Shown piece by piece: positions 28,982 through 38,591 of a stretch of 64,000 nucleotides of DNA; the stretch's first letter is position 1; each line of letters begins with the position of its first letter. The DNA lies in the NCBI GenBank assembly GCA_963771465.1, contig CAVYTU010000015.1, forward strand, positions 64,001 through 128,000, given 5' to 3'. Source of the DNA: an uncultured delta proteobacterium. GTDB taxonomy: Bacteria > Desulfobacterota > Binatia > UBA9968. Both the position numbers and the translations under genes were made by a program. The notes under the pieces were generated by a model. That model searched no databases, was not told where the DNA came from, and saw only the letters and a program-made list of their open reading frames with translations.

Positions 28982-30040
28982 TTACTTTTCCGCTCTCGGA
29001 AAGCCCCATATTTCGACGATCCGTTTCGACACTCTTTCAGCCTGCGCTACGACGTCCCAGTCCGCGACTTTGATCGTGCGTCCTTTGACTTGCTTGGCCA
29101 ATTTGGTCTCGGGGTGAAAGACACTTTCACGCCCTGTGTCGAGGATCGGCAGTCCTTTGCTCGCGACCCAACCGACAAATAGTATCGCCGCATTGGCATT
29201 GGCTGCGCCTTTGACCGGGCTCAGAAGCAGACTCTGATCGCCCAAGATCGGTCCTTCCGGGAACACCCAGCCGACTGGGAAATTAGGATTGCGGCTCGCC
29301 TGCCGATACCAGGTGCCGTAACTGGTGGGACAGAGCAAGAGTATTTCGCCGGCGACCATCAGAGTCAGAGCGGCAGTGCCGCTACTCATCCATTTTGGTT
29401 TGTTAGCGGCAATTTTTTTGGCATAATCGACCGCCCATTCTTCTCCCTGAGCAGCCGCCAGTTCAGTAAATTGCTGGGGCCGCACTTCGGTTGCCATTTT
29501 CCCTCGGAAAAATGGATTGGTGCAATCGTCCCAAGTCTTCGGGATGTTCTCTTTGGGGACCTTATTTTTGTTGTACATGATCCCGCCGAGTGTGTTCGCC
29601 ACCGCTACGCCGAAGCGGCGCGGATGAATCATGCGCGGATCGATCTTAAACAGTCCGTTCCAATCGATCGGGTCAACCAAGAAACCCAAGCTCTGGAACC
29701 GTGGGATCAAGTCTGCGCCGACATGGACCATGTCATGGGTATAAATCCCGGCTTGCATCTCCGATAGCAGCCGTTCATTTTCTTCCGGACCGCGCATGCG
29801 CGCGTACTCGACGCTCTTGATGAACGGGTACTCTTTCTGAAAGGCCTTGTTGAGCGCGACCACTTCTTCGTCCACCAAATTGGACGCCCAGGAAATTTTG
29901 CCTTCTCGCTTGGCGCCCTGGAGAATCGAGTCCATCGTCAGCTTCGCTTGCGCCGCGTTGACGACCGCCGCCCAATAGCCAGGTATCGGCGCAACGACAA
30001 CACTGAAAATTAGCGCCATCGCAAACAGTTTCTTCGCCAT
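28982..30040 (-). CDS. Extracellular solute-binding protein (AfuA/FbpA-like)
   Basis: ATG 30040 follows AAGGAGG; signal peptide; GAKREGK and MYNKNKV..IPKTWDD motifs. Confidence 0.88.
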   Translation of the reverse strand: MAKKLFAMALIFSVVVAPIPGYWAAVVNAAQAKLTMDSILQGAKREGKISWASNLVDEEVVALNKAFQKEYPFIKSVEYARMRGPEENERLLSEMQAGIYTHDMVHVGADLIPRFQSLGFLVDPIDWNGLFKIDPRMIHPRRFGVAVANTLGGIMYNKNKVPKENIPKTWDDCTNPFFRGKMATEVRPQQFTELAAAQGEEWAVDYAKKIAANKPKWMSSGTAALTLMVAGEILLLCPTSYGTWYRQASRNPNFPVGWVFPEGPILGDQSLLLSPVKGAANANAAILFVGWVASKGLPILDTGRESVFHPETKLAKQVKGRTIKVADWDVVAQAERVSKRIVEIWGFPRAEK

Positions 30041-30252
30041 AAACACCTCCTTAGCCCCTGTCCTTAAGTTTCTTTCCCCTCGGCACCCGCCACGCTGGGA
30101 CTGAAGGGACAACTTTAAGATAAATCTCAACGCCGATCCCCGCACCTTACTGCGGGGCATTTAAATTTTTGAGTTTAGTATCGGAACCGATTATGCCTGC
30201 AAACGCGCAAATTACGCCAAGCACGAGATAATTGGAAGACATTAATTATCCC

Positions 30253-31248
30253 TCATTTAATGACTTTATTCGCCCGCGCCAACACCTCGGGTGGAATCGT
30301 TAGGCCGATTTGCTTGGCCGCCTTGAGATTGATGATGAACTCAAACTTCATCGGCTGCTCCACCGGCAGATCGGCTGTTTTGGTGCCTTTGAGAATCCTG
30401 TCGACAAAATATGCCGCACGGCGGTACTGATCAGGAAAGTCGATCCCGTAGCTCATCAACCCGCCGTCATCGACAAACTCTCGCGACTCGTAGATTGTCG
30501 GCAGCCGGTGCTTAGCTGCCAACTCGACGATCCGTTTTCCCGCTGCTAAAAAGTTGGGACCGCCAATCGGTATAACGCATCTACCCGCTTTCGCCTTGCC
30601 GTCTCAAAGGCATTCTCCAGACCTTTCGGGTCGCGTTTAGCCTCGATGTACGTGAGTTTCACTCTGAGCGCTTGAGCCGCAGGTTCGATCTCTTTGATCT
30701 GCCGCTTCATTCCCACGACTGGAACCGTCCCCTCGAGAAGAATACCCACCAGCGTGAGCTTCGGGACTGCATCTTTGATTACTTCCAACCTCTTGGTGTT
30801 TAGTTCAGGGGACAGGGTAACTGATCCCGGTGATATTGCCGCCCGGGCTGAGCCAGGCTATTAACGATTCCCGCGCCCACGGGATCGCCACCGCTCGTCA
30901 TGACAATCGGGATCGTCGATGTCGCTTGCTTTGCCGCCAGGGCGCCGGTGGTGCCGCGCGGCACGATGACATCGACCTTGAGTTGAACCAACTCTGCTGC
31001 GAGCTCTTTGAACCGTTCACCACCTTTTCCTTCGCCAAAGCGGTACTCGAAAGCAGATCTGTTTTCCTTCGACCCAGCCAAGTTCACGCAGTCGCTGCCG
31101 AAACGCCTCCAAGCGTGGCGCGGCAGCTGAAAAAGAACCGCCGTCAAGGAAGCCGATTCGGTAAATCTTTGCTGGTTGAGCTTCCAGCTCGATGAACAAA
31201 CCCAAGCACCGCTACAGCGACCACAACGGCAACGATTTTTCTATCCAC
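30253..31248 (-). pseudogene. Frameshifted ABC_sub_bind (putative Trp/Tyr-type) substrate-binding protein
   Basis: Fragments 31017-31205, 30800-31147, 30546-30788 and 30253-30522 join into a paralog of 31293-32270 with about 5 single-base indels. Confidence 0.8.
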
Positions 31249-31262
31249 GTGTCCGGCTCCGT

Positions 31263-31294
31263 TCATTTTGCCTTTTACATTTTGACTTTGCCTT
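31263..31294. repeat. 7-bp period repeat (TTTTGnC)
   Basis: tcattttgccttttacattttgactttgcctt. Confidence 0.5.
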
Positions 31295-32270
31295 AGCGAA
31301 TTACCCTATCCGCTCGCACCAAAACGTTCGGCGGGATCGTGAGGCCGCTCTGTTTGGCGGCTTTCAAGTTGATGATGAATTCGAATTTTATCGGCTGCTC
31401 GACGGGTAAGTCGGCAGGCTTGGTGCCTTTCAAAACCTTGTCCACGTAGACAGCGGCGCGCCGATGCAGGTCCAATGTGTTCGCCGCGTATGACATCAGT
31501 CCACCGTCATCGACATATTCCTGATTTGAGTACATCGCCGGCAGCCGGTGCTTTGCCGCAAACTCGACAATCCGTTTTCGGTTAGCGCTCATGAACGCGG
31601 AGGTAACCGGGAAGTAGCCGTCGGGCCGCTCCTTGGTTACCAACGTAAACGCGCCGTCGAAATCCTCCGGAGCTCGGATCTCATGCGATTGAATACTGAA
31701 TCCTAAAGCTTGTGCCGCTGCCTGCGTTTCTCTGAAAGCCGAGTCACTCGCGCTGTACCAGAGGACCGCGACGCGGCGAACTTTGGGGAAAGTTTCTTTG
31801 AACAGCTCTAGCCGTTTGCCGCTTAGTTCCTGTGAGATACTGGACAAACCTGTGACGTTGCCGCCAGGCCTCGCAAGGCTATCCACCAGTCCGCTTCCCA
31901 ATGGATCGTCGCTGTTCAACATTACGATAGGAATCGTGCTCGTGGCCTTTTTCGCCACCAAGTTCACCTGCGTACCGCCGGCAACGATGACGTCTACCTT
32001 GAGGCGCACTAGCTCGGCGGCCAGTTCAGGGAGCCGTTCCGCTCTGCTATCGCCGTAGCGGTATTCGATGATGATGTTTTGCCCATCGACGTAACCCAGT
32101 TTTCGCAGGCCATCGAGAAACGCGTCGCGTCTCGCCGAGTTAGCGGCGAGCGACGATAGTGTTAGATAGCCGATCCGCGGATTCTTGCCCGCCGACAATT
32201 GTGCCTGCGACGAGGGCACACCTGCCAGCAGAAAGACTGCGAGCGCGATACGGGAAACGCTTCTACCCAT
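31293..32270 (-). CDS. ABC_sub_bind family substrate-binding protein
   Basis: RIGYL, LAAELVRLKVDVIV, SLARPGGNVTG, GGLMSY and KPADLPVEQP motifs. Confidence 0.92.
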   Translation of the reverse strand: MGRSVSRIALAVFLLAGVPSSQAQLSAGKNPRIGYLTLSSLAANSARRDAFLDGLRKLGYVDGQNIIIEYRYGDSRAERLPELAAELVRLKVDVIVAGGTQVNLVAKKATSTIPIVMLNSDDPLGSGLVDSLARPGGNVTGLSSISQELSGKRLELFKETFPKVRRVAVLWYSASDSAFRETQAAAQALGFSIQSHEIRAPEDFDGAFTLVTKERPDGYFPVTSAFMSANRKRIVEFAAKHRLPAMYSNQEYVDDGGLMSYAANTLDLHRRAAVYVDKVLKGTKPADLPVEQPIKFEFIINLKAAKQSGLTIPPNVLVRADRVIR

Positions 32271-32555
32271 GACTCTTCCCCCGAAGGATCGATGATAACT
32301 GAGTTCTGATCGCTAATTTCTACCCGTTGTCTCTTACCGCAACCTTGATACCAGTGTCGAGCGTATTGCTCGGGCGAGCGTGGTGGTTAATTATTAAGAA
32401 GTCTGCAAAATCAGCGGTGGGTCGGAGATTCGCAGTCTATACCAGAGTAGTCAACCTGCTACACGCTGTAACAGATTTGATACAACTTGGCCCAACGATG
32501 TCCGATCAAGATTGGAAATTCGAAGCTCGAAGAAAAGGTCCGCCGACCGAAACAG

Positions 32556-32680
32556 ATCTTTGCGCCATGGCGATGCTTTATGCGAGATATTCGGGACAGA
32601 TTCTTTATGCGTCCTTTGCGTTCTCTGCGGCCCAGTCTTTCCGAATCCGATGCTTTTACTTTGTGGCCTTTGTGATGAAT
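32556..32680. repeat. Composite patch of CTTTGYG-type 8-9-bp repeats
   Basis: ctttgcgccatggcg; tgcgtcctttgcgttctctgcggc; ctttgtggcctttgtgatgaa (the last unit encodes the ATPase C-terminus). Confidence 0.55.
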
Positions 32681-34812
32681 TCAGAATCCGCCTTCTCAGC
32701 ATTGGCGCGTTCCAGCAGCACTTGTTCCAAGGCGGCGAGCAGATGCGACGGCGAGAGTGAAATGTCTTTGCGATAATTGCCGTCGCGCAGGCCGACCAGT
32801 TTGGCTTTCTCGCAGATCGCCGAGAGATCGGCGCCGGAGAAACCTTCGCTGCGCTCGGCCGCGGTTGCGATCGCCTGGTCGAGCTTTTCTTTTTCAGGAA
32901 TGCTCGACAGTAGTACCGTGAGTATTTCTTTGCGGCCTGCTAAATCGGGCAGGCCGACGTAGATTTCTAATCCAAGCCGGCCCGGCCTGAGCAGCGCGGG
33001 ATCGAGCAAATCGCGCCGGTTGGTGGCGGCCAGAACAATCACCTGGCTCGCGGCGCGTAGCCCGTCCATCTCGGCGAGCAGTTGGTTGACCACTCGTTCG
33101 GTGGTGGCGTTGGCCGCTTCGCCGCGCCGTTTGGGCGCGATGGCATCGATCTGATCGAACAGAATTACGGTCGGCTGCACCTGGCGCGCCATCTGAAAGA
33201 CATCGCGGATGGTCTGCTCCGATTCGCCGAGCCACATGCTGAAAATCTCCGGGCCGTTGACCGGAATAAAATTGGCGCCGCATTCATGCGCCAGTGCCTT
33301 GGCAACCATCGTCTTACCCGTTCCCGGCGGACCGTAGAGCAAGATCCCCGGTGAGCGGCGCAGGCCCAGCCGAGCGAAGGCGTCGGGATAGATCAACGGC
33401 GTTTCCACCGCCTCGCGCAGCTGGTTGATGACCTTGTTCATGCCGCCGATATCTTTCCAACCGACATCCGGCGTCACCCATAAAGTCTCGCGCAATGCGG
33501 AAGGCGAAGTTTTCTCCAGCGCGGCAACGAAGTCGTCTTTTTTGACGACGATCTGTTCCAAACTGCCGGCGCCGCGTAGCGAAGAGAATCCCGGGCCGGC
33601 GGCGGCGCGCAGCGCGGTGAGTCCGGCTTGGCGCACTAACTCCATCAGATCGGCGCCGACGTAGCCGTGGGTGCGGTGCGCTACCTCCGGCAAAAACGCG
33701 ATCGCCTCTTCATCCATCGGCACGCGCCGGGTGTGGATGTTGAGGATTTCCAAGCGCCCTTCGGCGTTAGGCGGCGCAATGAATATCTCGCGGTCGAAAC
33801 GGCCTGGCCGACGCAGCGCCGGATCGACCGAATCGACTCGATTGGTCGTGCCGATGACGACGACGTCTTCCATGCTGACCAAGCCATCGAGCAGAGAAAG
33901 CAATTGTGTCCCCATGCGCACGTCGGCTTGCGAGCCGCTCTCGCCGCGGCGCGGCGCGATGGCGTCCAACTCATCCATCATGACGATCGACGGACTATGT
34001 TCCATCGCCTCTTCGAAGACCCGGCGCAAATTGGCCTCGGTGCCGCCATGCACGGAGCTCACCAGCTCGGGGCCGTTGACGTAAAGAAAGTGCGCGCCGA
34101 TCTCGTTGGCGATCGCTTTCGCCAAATAAGTTTTGCCGACTCCCGGCGGTCCGTAGAAAAGAATGCCGCGCGGCGCTTCGATGCCGAGGTGTTCGTAGAC
34201 TTGCGGAAACTGGATCGGACACTCGACCAACTCGCGGATCGTCTCGATCTCGGCGGACAGCCCGCCGACATCGTCGAAGGTCACCATGTTCGCCGCGACG
34301 CCGGCGCGCAGCGCGCTGGTGCGCAGCACCACCCGGGTATTTTCGCCGACAAACGAGCGGTCGGGCTCGGCGGAGATGACGCGGAAAATAATATTGCGCG
34401 GAAACTCGAATAGCTTTACCGACAGCACCATGCCGCTGCACGTCAATTGTTTCTCTTCGACAAAGCGAGTTTGTAGCTCGCGCTCCAGCGTCGTCAGGTT
34501 GCCGGTGAGCGGCGCCATCGGTTCCAACACCAGTCGTTTGGCTTCGTCGATCTTTACCGAGTTGAAAGTGATTTTTTCGCGCAGATCGGGTTTTAGAAAC
34601 TGAATCTGAAAGCGGTCCAAACGGACGCAGCCGCGCCCTTCATCCTGCGGCCGCGCCGCAACCCGCGCCAACAGCCGGCGCGCCCGCTGCGTGGTCAATT
34701 CCACCACACTGCCATCCGCGATGCCGTCTTGTTTGAGAATCAACGGATCGACAAAGGCGATATTGCGCCCGCTCTCCGCGCTCGGTAGCCGTTCCACCGG
34801 CAGTTGTGTCAT
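32656..34812 (-). CDS. Cdc48/p97/VAT-family double-ring AAA+ ATPase (N-D1-D2)
   Basis: CDC48_N-like N-domain (RNIAFVDP..DEGRGCVRLD). D1: VTFDDVGGL, GPPGVGKT, MMDE, ALRRPGRFDRE. Linker PSALRE..PDVGWKDIGG. D2: GPPGTGKT, MWLGESE, LFDQID, ALLRPGR. Confidence 0.93.
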   Translation of the reverse strand: MTQLPVERLPSAESGRNIAFVDPLILKQDGIADGSVVELTTQRARRLLARVAARPQDEGRGCVRLDRFQIQFLKPDLREKITFNSVKIDEAKRLVLEPMAPLTGNLTTLERELQTRFVEEKQLTCSGMVLSVKLFEFPRNIIFRVISAEPDRSFVGENTRVVLRTSALRAGVAANMVTFDDVGGLSAEIETIRELVECPIQFPQVYEHLGIEAPRGILFYGPPGVGKTYLAKAIANEIGAHFLYVNGPELVSSVHGGTEANLRRVFEEAMEHSPSIVMMDELDAIAPRRGESGSQADVRMGTQLLSLLDGLVSMEDVVVIGTTNRVDSVDPALRRPGRFDREIFIAPPNAEGRLEILNIHTRRVPMDEEAIAFLPEVAHRTHGYVGADLMELVRQAGLTALRAAAGPGFSSLRGAGSLEQIVVKKDDFVAALEKTSPSALRETLWVTPDVGWKDIGGMNKVINQLREAVETPLIYPDAFARLGLRRSPGILLYGPPGTGKTMVAKALAHECGANFIPVNGPEIFSMWLGESEQTIRDVFQMARQVQPTVILFDQIDAIAPKRRGEAANATTERVVNQLLAEMDGLRAASQVIVLAATNRRDLLDPALLRPGRLGLEIYVGLPDLAGRKEILTVLLSSIPEKEKLDQAIATAAERSEGFSGADLSAICEKAKLVGLRDGNYRKDISLSPSHLLAALEQVLLERANAEKADSEFITKATK

Positions 34813-34899
34813 TCGTAACGTCCTCCGATCAGTAGCCGGAATTTATCAGCGAGAAGGTGCCGCGTTTTTTCCTCGGCACACTGGAACATTCGGGCTTGA

Positions 34900-34965
34900 A
34901 TCGCGCTCATGGCTCGCGCTCGTAGGCAAACGATTACGAGTCACGAGCAGAACACGAACACGATT
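34900..34965. repeat. Inverted element of 6-bp units (CTCGYG / CACGAG)
   Basis: tcgcgctcatggctcgcgctcgt ... acgattacgagtcacgagcagaacacgaacacga. Confidence 0.55.
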
Positions 34966-36087
34966 TCACGACTTGTTCCAACTCGAAGCGTCGCTGATAT
35001 GTTCGATGCCGCCGAGAAACTCATGGGACAGCTGGCGCGACCAGCTCGAGATCAGTCGCGCCGGGCTGCTGCCGTCGTTGAAATGCTGATGCGCCGTCAT
35101 CGGCGGGATGCAGATCACATCGCCGGCTTCCCACGGATATTTGGTCTGCTCGTGGACATCGTAGCCTTTGCCCGCTTGCACGTAGATCATTTCCTCGAAG
35201 ATATGGCGGTGTTTGCCGGTGTGGCCGTTGGCCTCGATCTCCATCGTCATCAGGTCCATGGCCCGCGCCGCCACCTCGGTCCACAGGCTGATGTAAAATT
35301 TGAGCTTGCCCTGCCGGGTGTTTTCCAGCGCCGTGTCGGCGCCCTTGATCACCCGCGGCCCTTTTACTTCGGTGTTGTTCTCTTCGACCAGTCGATCGAG
35401 AAACCAATCGTACTTGGTTTTTCCCGTGGCGCCTTGCTTCACCGCTCGGCGCGCCGAGAATACCGCTTCGCGCTTGCCGTCGGCGCCTTTGCGCACTTCC
35501 ATGTCTTCTTCCAAGCCGAGCAAACCGCGCGGGACTTTGAATCCAACCAGCTGTCCCGCGTTATCTTTGATCGGCAGCGTTCCTTCGGGAATCGATTTGA
35601 AATCGAACTGCTCCTGCCACAAAAGACCGAGCACGTGCCAGAGCCGCACCTGCGGCAGCCAGGCGCGAAAGCCGGTTTTGTCGTCGGCAATGAACTCCTG
35701 TGTAGTGTACGGCGGGATGACCACAACGTCGTTGGCTGAGAAAGCGTAGCTCTGGCCGTCTTGCACCGAGGTGCCGCTGCCTTCGAGAATATACGCGGTC
35801 ATCGACGGAATCAGCCGGACTTTTTCGCTCCGCTCGCCGGCTTTGAGATCGATAAAGCTGGCGGTCAAAGCACTCAGCGGCGCGACAGTGAAGCGCTCGA
35901 AGACACGCAGGTCGCCCAGGATATGGCCGCCCTTGGCGAACATCGGCGGCTTGACCACCCGCGGCAACAACTCCATGCGCTCGCGCTCGAGCTTCTGTTT
36001 AATGAACCGACCCTCGTAATCGTAATAGAGCTTTGGGTCGACTTCCGTCTCGCGCAAATTTTCTCGGACTCGTTCTTTCTCCGCCAT
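34966..36087 (-). CDS. Bicupin protein (paralog D; N-terminal cupin lacks His ligands)
   Basis: C-domain TGKHRHIFEE...PMTAHQHFN; N-domain SEKVRL...PPYTTQEF. Confidence 0.85.
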   Translation of the reverse strand: MAEKERVRENLRETEVDPKLYYDYEGRFIKQKLERERMELLPRVVKPPMFAKGGHILGDLRVFERFTVAPLSALTASFIDLKAGERSEKVRLIPSMTAYILEGSGTSVQDGQSYAFSANDVVVIPPYTTQEFIADDKTGFRAWLPQVRLWHVLGLLWQEQFDFKSIPEGTLPIKDNAGQLVGFKVPRGLLGLEEDMEVRKGADGKREAVFSARRAVKQGATGKTKYDWFLDRLVEENNTEVKGPRVIKGADTALENTRQGKLKFYISLWTEVAARAMDLMTMEIEANGHTGKHRHIFEEMIYVQAGKGYDVHEQTKYPWEAGDVICIPPMTAHQHFNDGSSPARLISSWSRQLSHEFLGGIEHISDASSWNKS

Positions 36088-36092
36088 GATTC

Positions 36093-37238
36093 CTATCTTC
36101 CTTTCTCGTTGTATTCGGGGGCGTCTTCGATTTGCTCAATGCCGCCGACGCCAAGATCGGCACACATGCTCGGCATGGAGCTCATCAGCAGCACCGGATT
36201 GTCGGGATCGCTGTTGAAATGCTGATGTTCGACCATGGCCGGAATATTGATCAAATCGCCCTTCTGCCAATTCCACCGCTCGCCGTCGTGAATGTCATAG
36301 CCGTTGCCGTTGATGATGAAGATTTGCTCCTCGGCCATATGACGATGTTTGCCCGACCGGCTCGCCGGTGGAATTTCTTGCAGGTAGAGCCACACGCGCC
36401 GCGCCGATGAGTCAACGTGGGGATGGGTGTACCATTTCAACCGTCCCTGCCGCGTCCACTCCCACGGTTGTTCTTCGTAGCGAATGACGTGGGTAATGGA
36501 TTTGCAGAACTTGACCTCGTCGCCGAGCAGCTTCAAGTAACGATCGTAAGTATTTTCCGTCGGACCGCTCCACTCTTTGCTCTCCAAGCGGGCGCGAAAC
36601 ACGCCCTCGACGTCGGGTGATGGCCCGAGGAAAACGTCGATGTCTTCGGTGATTCCCAGGATGCCTTTTTTGATCCGGTAGCCGATCAGCTTCTTGTCAT
36701 TGTCGTATAGCGGCTCTGTGCCCGCCGGGAACGTCGGCTTATCAGCAAACTTGATCTGCTCGCGGTGCAACAACCCGAGGGCGTGGATCATGCGCGACTG
36801 CGGCACGTAGATTTGGCAGCCAACGTCGCGGTCGCCGCCATGTTGATGAATCGTGTACGGTGGCACGATCAATAAATCGAATACTTCGAATTCATAAGTC
36901 ACGCCGTCGTTCCACTCCCACCCCTTACCGGCGATGCAGAATAAAGTCGGCGCGCTAATATGGCGGTGCGCGCCGCGCACCGGCGCGTTGGCCGGAATAT
37001 CGGAAAAATGACAAGTGAGGATATGCATTGGCGCGCGGTTCAGGATGTCGTAGCAGAGCAGATCGCCGGTCTGATGCGGACTGCTGTGACCGTTCATCGT
37101 TCCCTGCGGCGGAATTGGCTTTATCACTCGCGGCAGTTGATTGACGAAGTATTCCTCCCGATCCTGATGCACAAAACGCTTCAGCCGATCCGAATGAGCG
37201 ACTTCCGCGTTACTTTCCCATGGTGTTAAGTCAGACAT
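36093..37238 (-). CDS. Bicupin protein (paralog C), gentisate 1,2-dioxygenase-like motifs
   Basis: RGAHRHISAPT...PPYTIHQH and SGKHRHMAEE...EHQHFN. Confidence 0.88.
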   Translation of the reverse strand: MSDLTPWESNAEVAHSDRLKRFVHQDREEYFVNQLPRVIKPIPPQGTMNGHSSPHQTGDLLCYDILNRAPMHILTCHFSDIPANAPVRGAHRHISAPTLFCIAGKGWEWNDGVTYEFEVFDLLIVPPYTIHQHGGDRDVGCQIYVPQSRMIHALGLLHREQIKFADKPTFPAGTEPLYDNDKKLIGYRIKKGILGITEDIDVFLGPSPDVEGVFRARLESKEWSGPTENTYDRYLKLLGDEVKFCKSITHVIRYEEQPWEWTRQGRLKWYTHPHVDSSARRVWLYLQEIPPASRSGKHRHMAEEQIFIINGNGYDIHDGERWNWQKGDLINIPAMVEHQHFNSDPDNPVLLMSSMPSMCADLGVGGIEQIEDAPEYNEKGR

Positions 37239-37263
37239 TCAAAACCTCCGAGTGTAGAAACTG

Positions 37264-37368
37264 GTCGAGGATAGAGGATAGAAGATCGAGGATGGCAAAT
37301 CCGAACTCTGACGTCCGACCGCCGACCTCTGTCTTTCAATCTTCCATCCTCAATCCTCTATCGTCGAC
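37264..37368. repeat. Inverted element of 7-bp units (GAGGATA / TCCTCWA) with nested CTCYGAC units
   Basis: gtcgaggatagaggatagaagatcgaggatgg ... ccatcctcaatcctctatcgtcgac; related element at 57179-57243. Confidence 0.75.
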
Positions 37369-38493
37369 CTATCCACTAAACTCCGGCGCATCTTCCAACT
37401 GCTCGATGCCACCGACGCCTAAATTAATATACGTCGCCGGCATGGCGCAGAGCAGCTTCACAGGATCGGCGCCGGAATTGAAATGCTGATGCTCGGTCAT
37501 GCCGGGGATGCAAATCAAATCGCCCTGCTCCCAGTTCCAGCGCTCGCCATCGTGGACGTCGTAGCCTTTGCCTTCGAGCACCAAGATCAACTCTTCCGAC
37601 ACATGGCGATGACGGCCGGAACGGCTGCCGGGAGGGATTTCGTGGAAGTAGATATATTTACGCTTGGTCGCGATCACCATTTCCGGATGGATAAGCCATT
37701 TGATTTTGCCCTGCCGGGTCAATTCCCAGGGTTCGTCCTTTTCCATCACGACGTGCGGCGCGTGACGGCAGAGATCAGCCTCTTCATGCATCAGCTTCAT
37801 GTAGCGGTCATAGGTATTTTCCACCGGACTCGTCCAGTTACCCGCGCCGCGGCGCGCTTGAAAGCTCGCTTCACGGTTGGGCTCCGGCCCCAAGATGACT
37901 TCGATGTCTTTGGTGATGCCGAGCACGCCTTGCTTGATGCGGTAGCCGATCAAATTTCCTTCGGCGTCATTGATCGGTTCGGTGCCCTGGGGAAAGGTCG
38001 GCTTCTCGTTGAGCTTATGCTGCTCGCGCCAGATCAGTCCCAAGACATGATGGATGCGGCCATCTTCGGGAACGAAGATCGTACAGCCGATGTCCTTGTC
38101 GCCGCCGTGCTGGTGCACGGTGTAGGGCGGCACGGTTAGAATATCGTAGGTTTCGAAATTGTAAGTCTCGCCGTCGTTCCACTCCCAGCCTTTGCCGGTG
38201 AGGCAGAAGAGCGATGGCGCGCCGATATGCCGGTGGGCGCCGCGCACCGGCGCGTGCGGCGCAATGCGGGTAAAGTGACTGGTCATGCAGTAAAGCGGCC
38301 CGCGCGTCAGCATGTCATAGGAAATGTGATCACCGGTCTGATGCGGGCTATCCATGCCCATCACCGTCGGCTGCATCGGCAGTTGTTTCAGCGCATGCGG
38401 CAACGACTGTGCTTTGGTATCTTCCTGGCGCTGATAAACAAACCGCTTCATCTGGTCCGGCACGTTCTCAATTTCACGCCACGGTTCGAGCAT
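37369..38493 (-). CDS. Bicupin protein (paralog B)
   Basis: RGAHRHIGAPS...HQH and SGRHRHVSEE...EHQHFN; tail GGIEQLEDAPE. Confidence 0.88.
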   Translation of the reverse strand: MLEPWREIENVPDQMKRFVYQRQEDTKAQSLPHALKQLPMQPTVMGMDSPHQTGDHISYDMLTRGPLYCMTSHFTRIAPHAPVRGAHRHIGAPSLFCLTGKGWEWNDGETYNFETYDILTVPPYTVHQHGGDKDIGCTIFVPEDGRIHHVLGLIWREQHKLNEKPTFPQGTEPINDAEGNLIGYRIKQGVLGITKDIEVILGPEPNREASFQARRGAGNWTSPVENTYDRYMKLMHEEADLCRHAPHVVMEKDEPWELTRQGKIKWLIHPEMVIATKRKYIYFHEIPPGSRSGRHRHVSEELILVLEGKGYDVHDGERWNWEQGDLICIPGMTEHQHFNSGADPVKLLCAMPATYINLGVGGIEQLEDAPEFSG

Positions 38494-38591
38494 TGCTTCG
38501 GCCTCTTACTAATTTTTATTCACCACGAAGGACGTGGAATGGAAAGTTATTCGCAAAGCTGCCGAGTTTGCGGTCTTTGCGGCAAACCTCT

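Noticed and set aside
31176-31409. Plus-strand ORFs reading ...NYPIRSHQNVRRDREA..FQVDDEFE (also 30310-30549)
   Set aside because: These are the antisense reading of the conserved 3' end of ABC_sub_bind genes, not independent proteins.
32271-32655. Small ORFs or an ncRNA between the ATPase and the SBP gene
   Set aside because: The ORFs are translations of repeat patches (e.g. LCVLCVLCG) and promoter DNA; no recognisable RNA motif.
32656-34812. FtsH, or proteasomal ARC/PAN ATPase
   Set aside because: No TM segments, HExxH protease domain or coiled-coil/OB domains; two AAA modules plus a CDC48-type N-domain.
37264-37368. Periodic repeats as a possible CRISPR array
   Set aside because: Units are 6-9 bp without unique spacers, and there are no cas genes.
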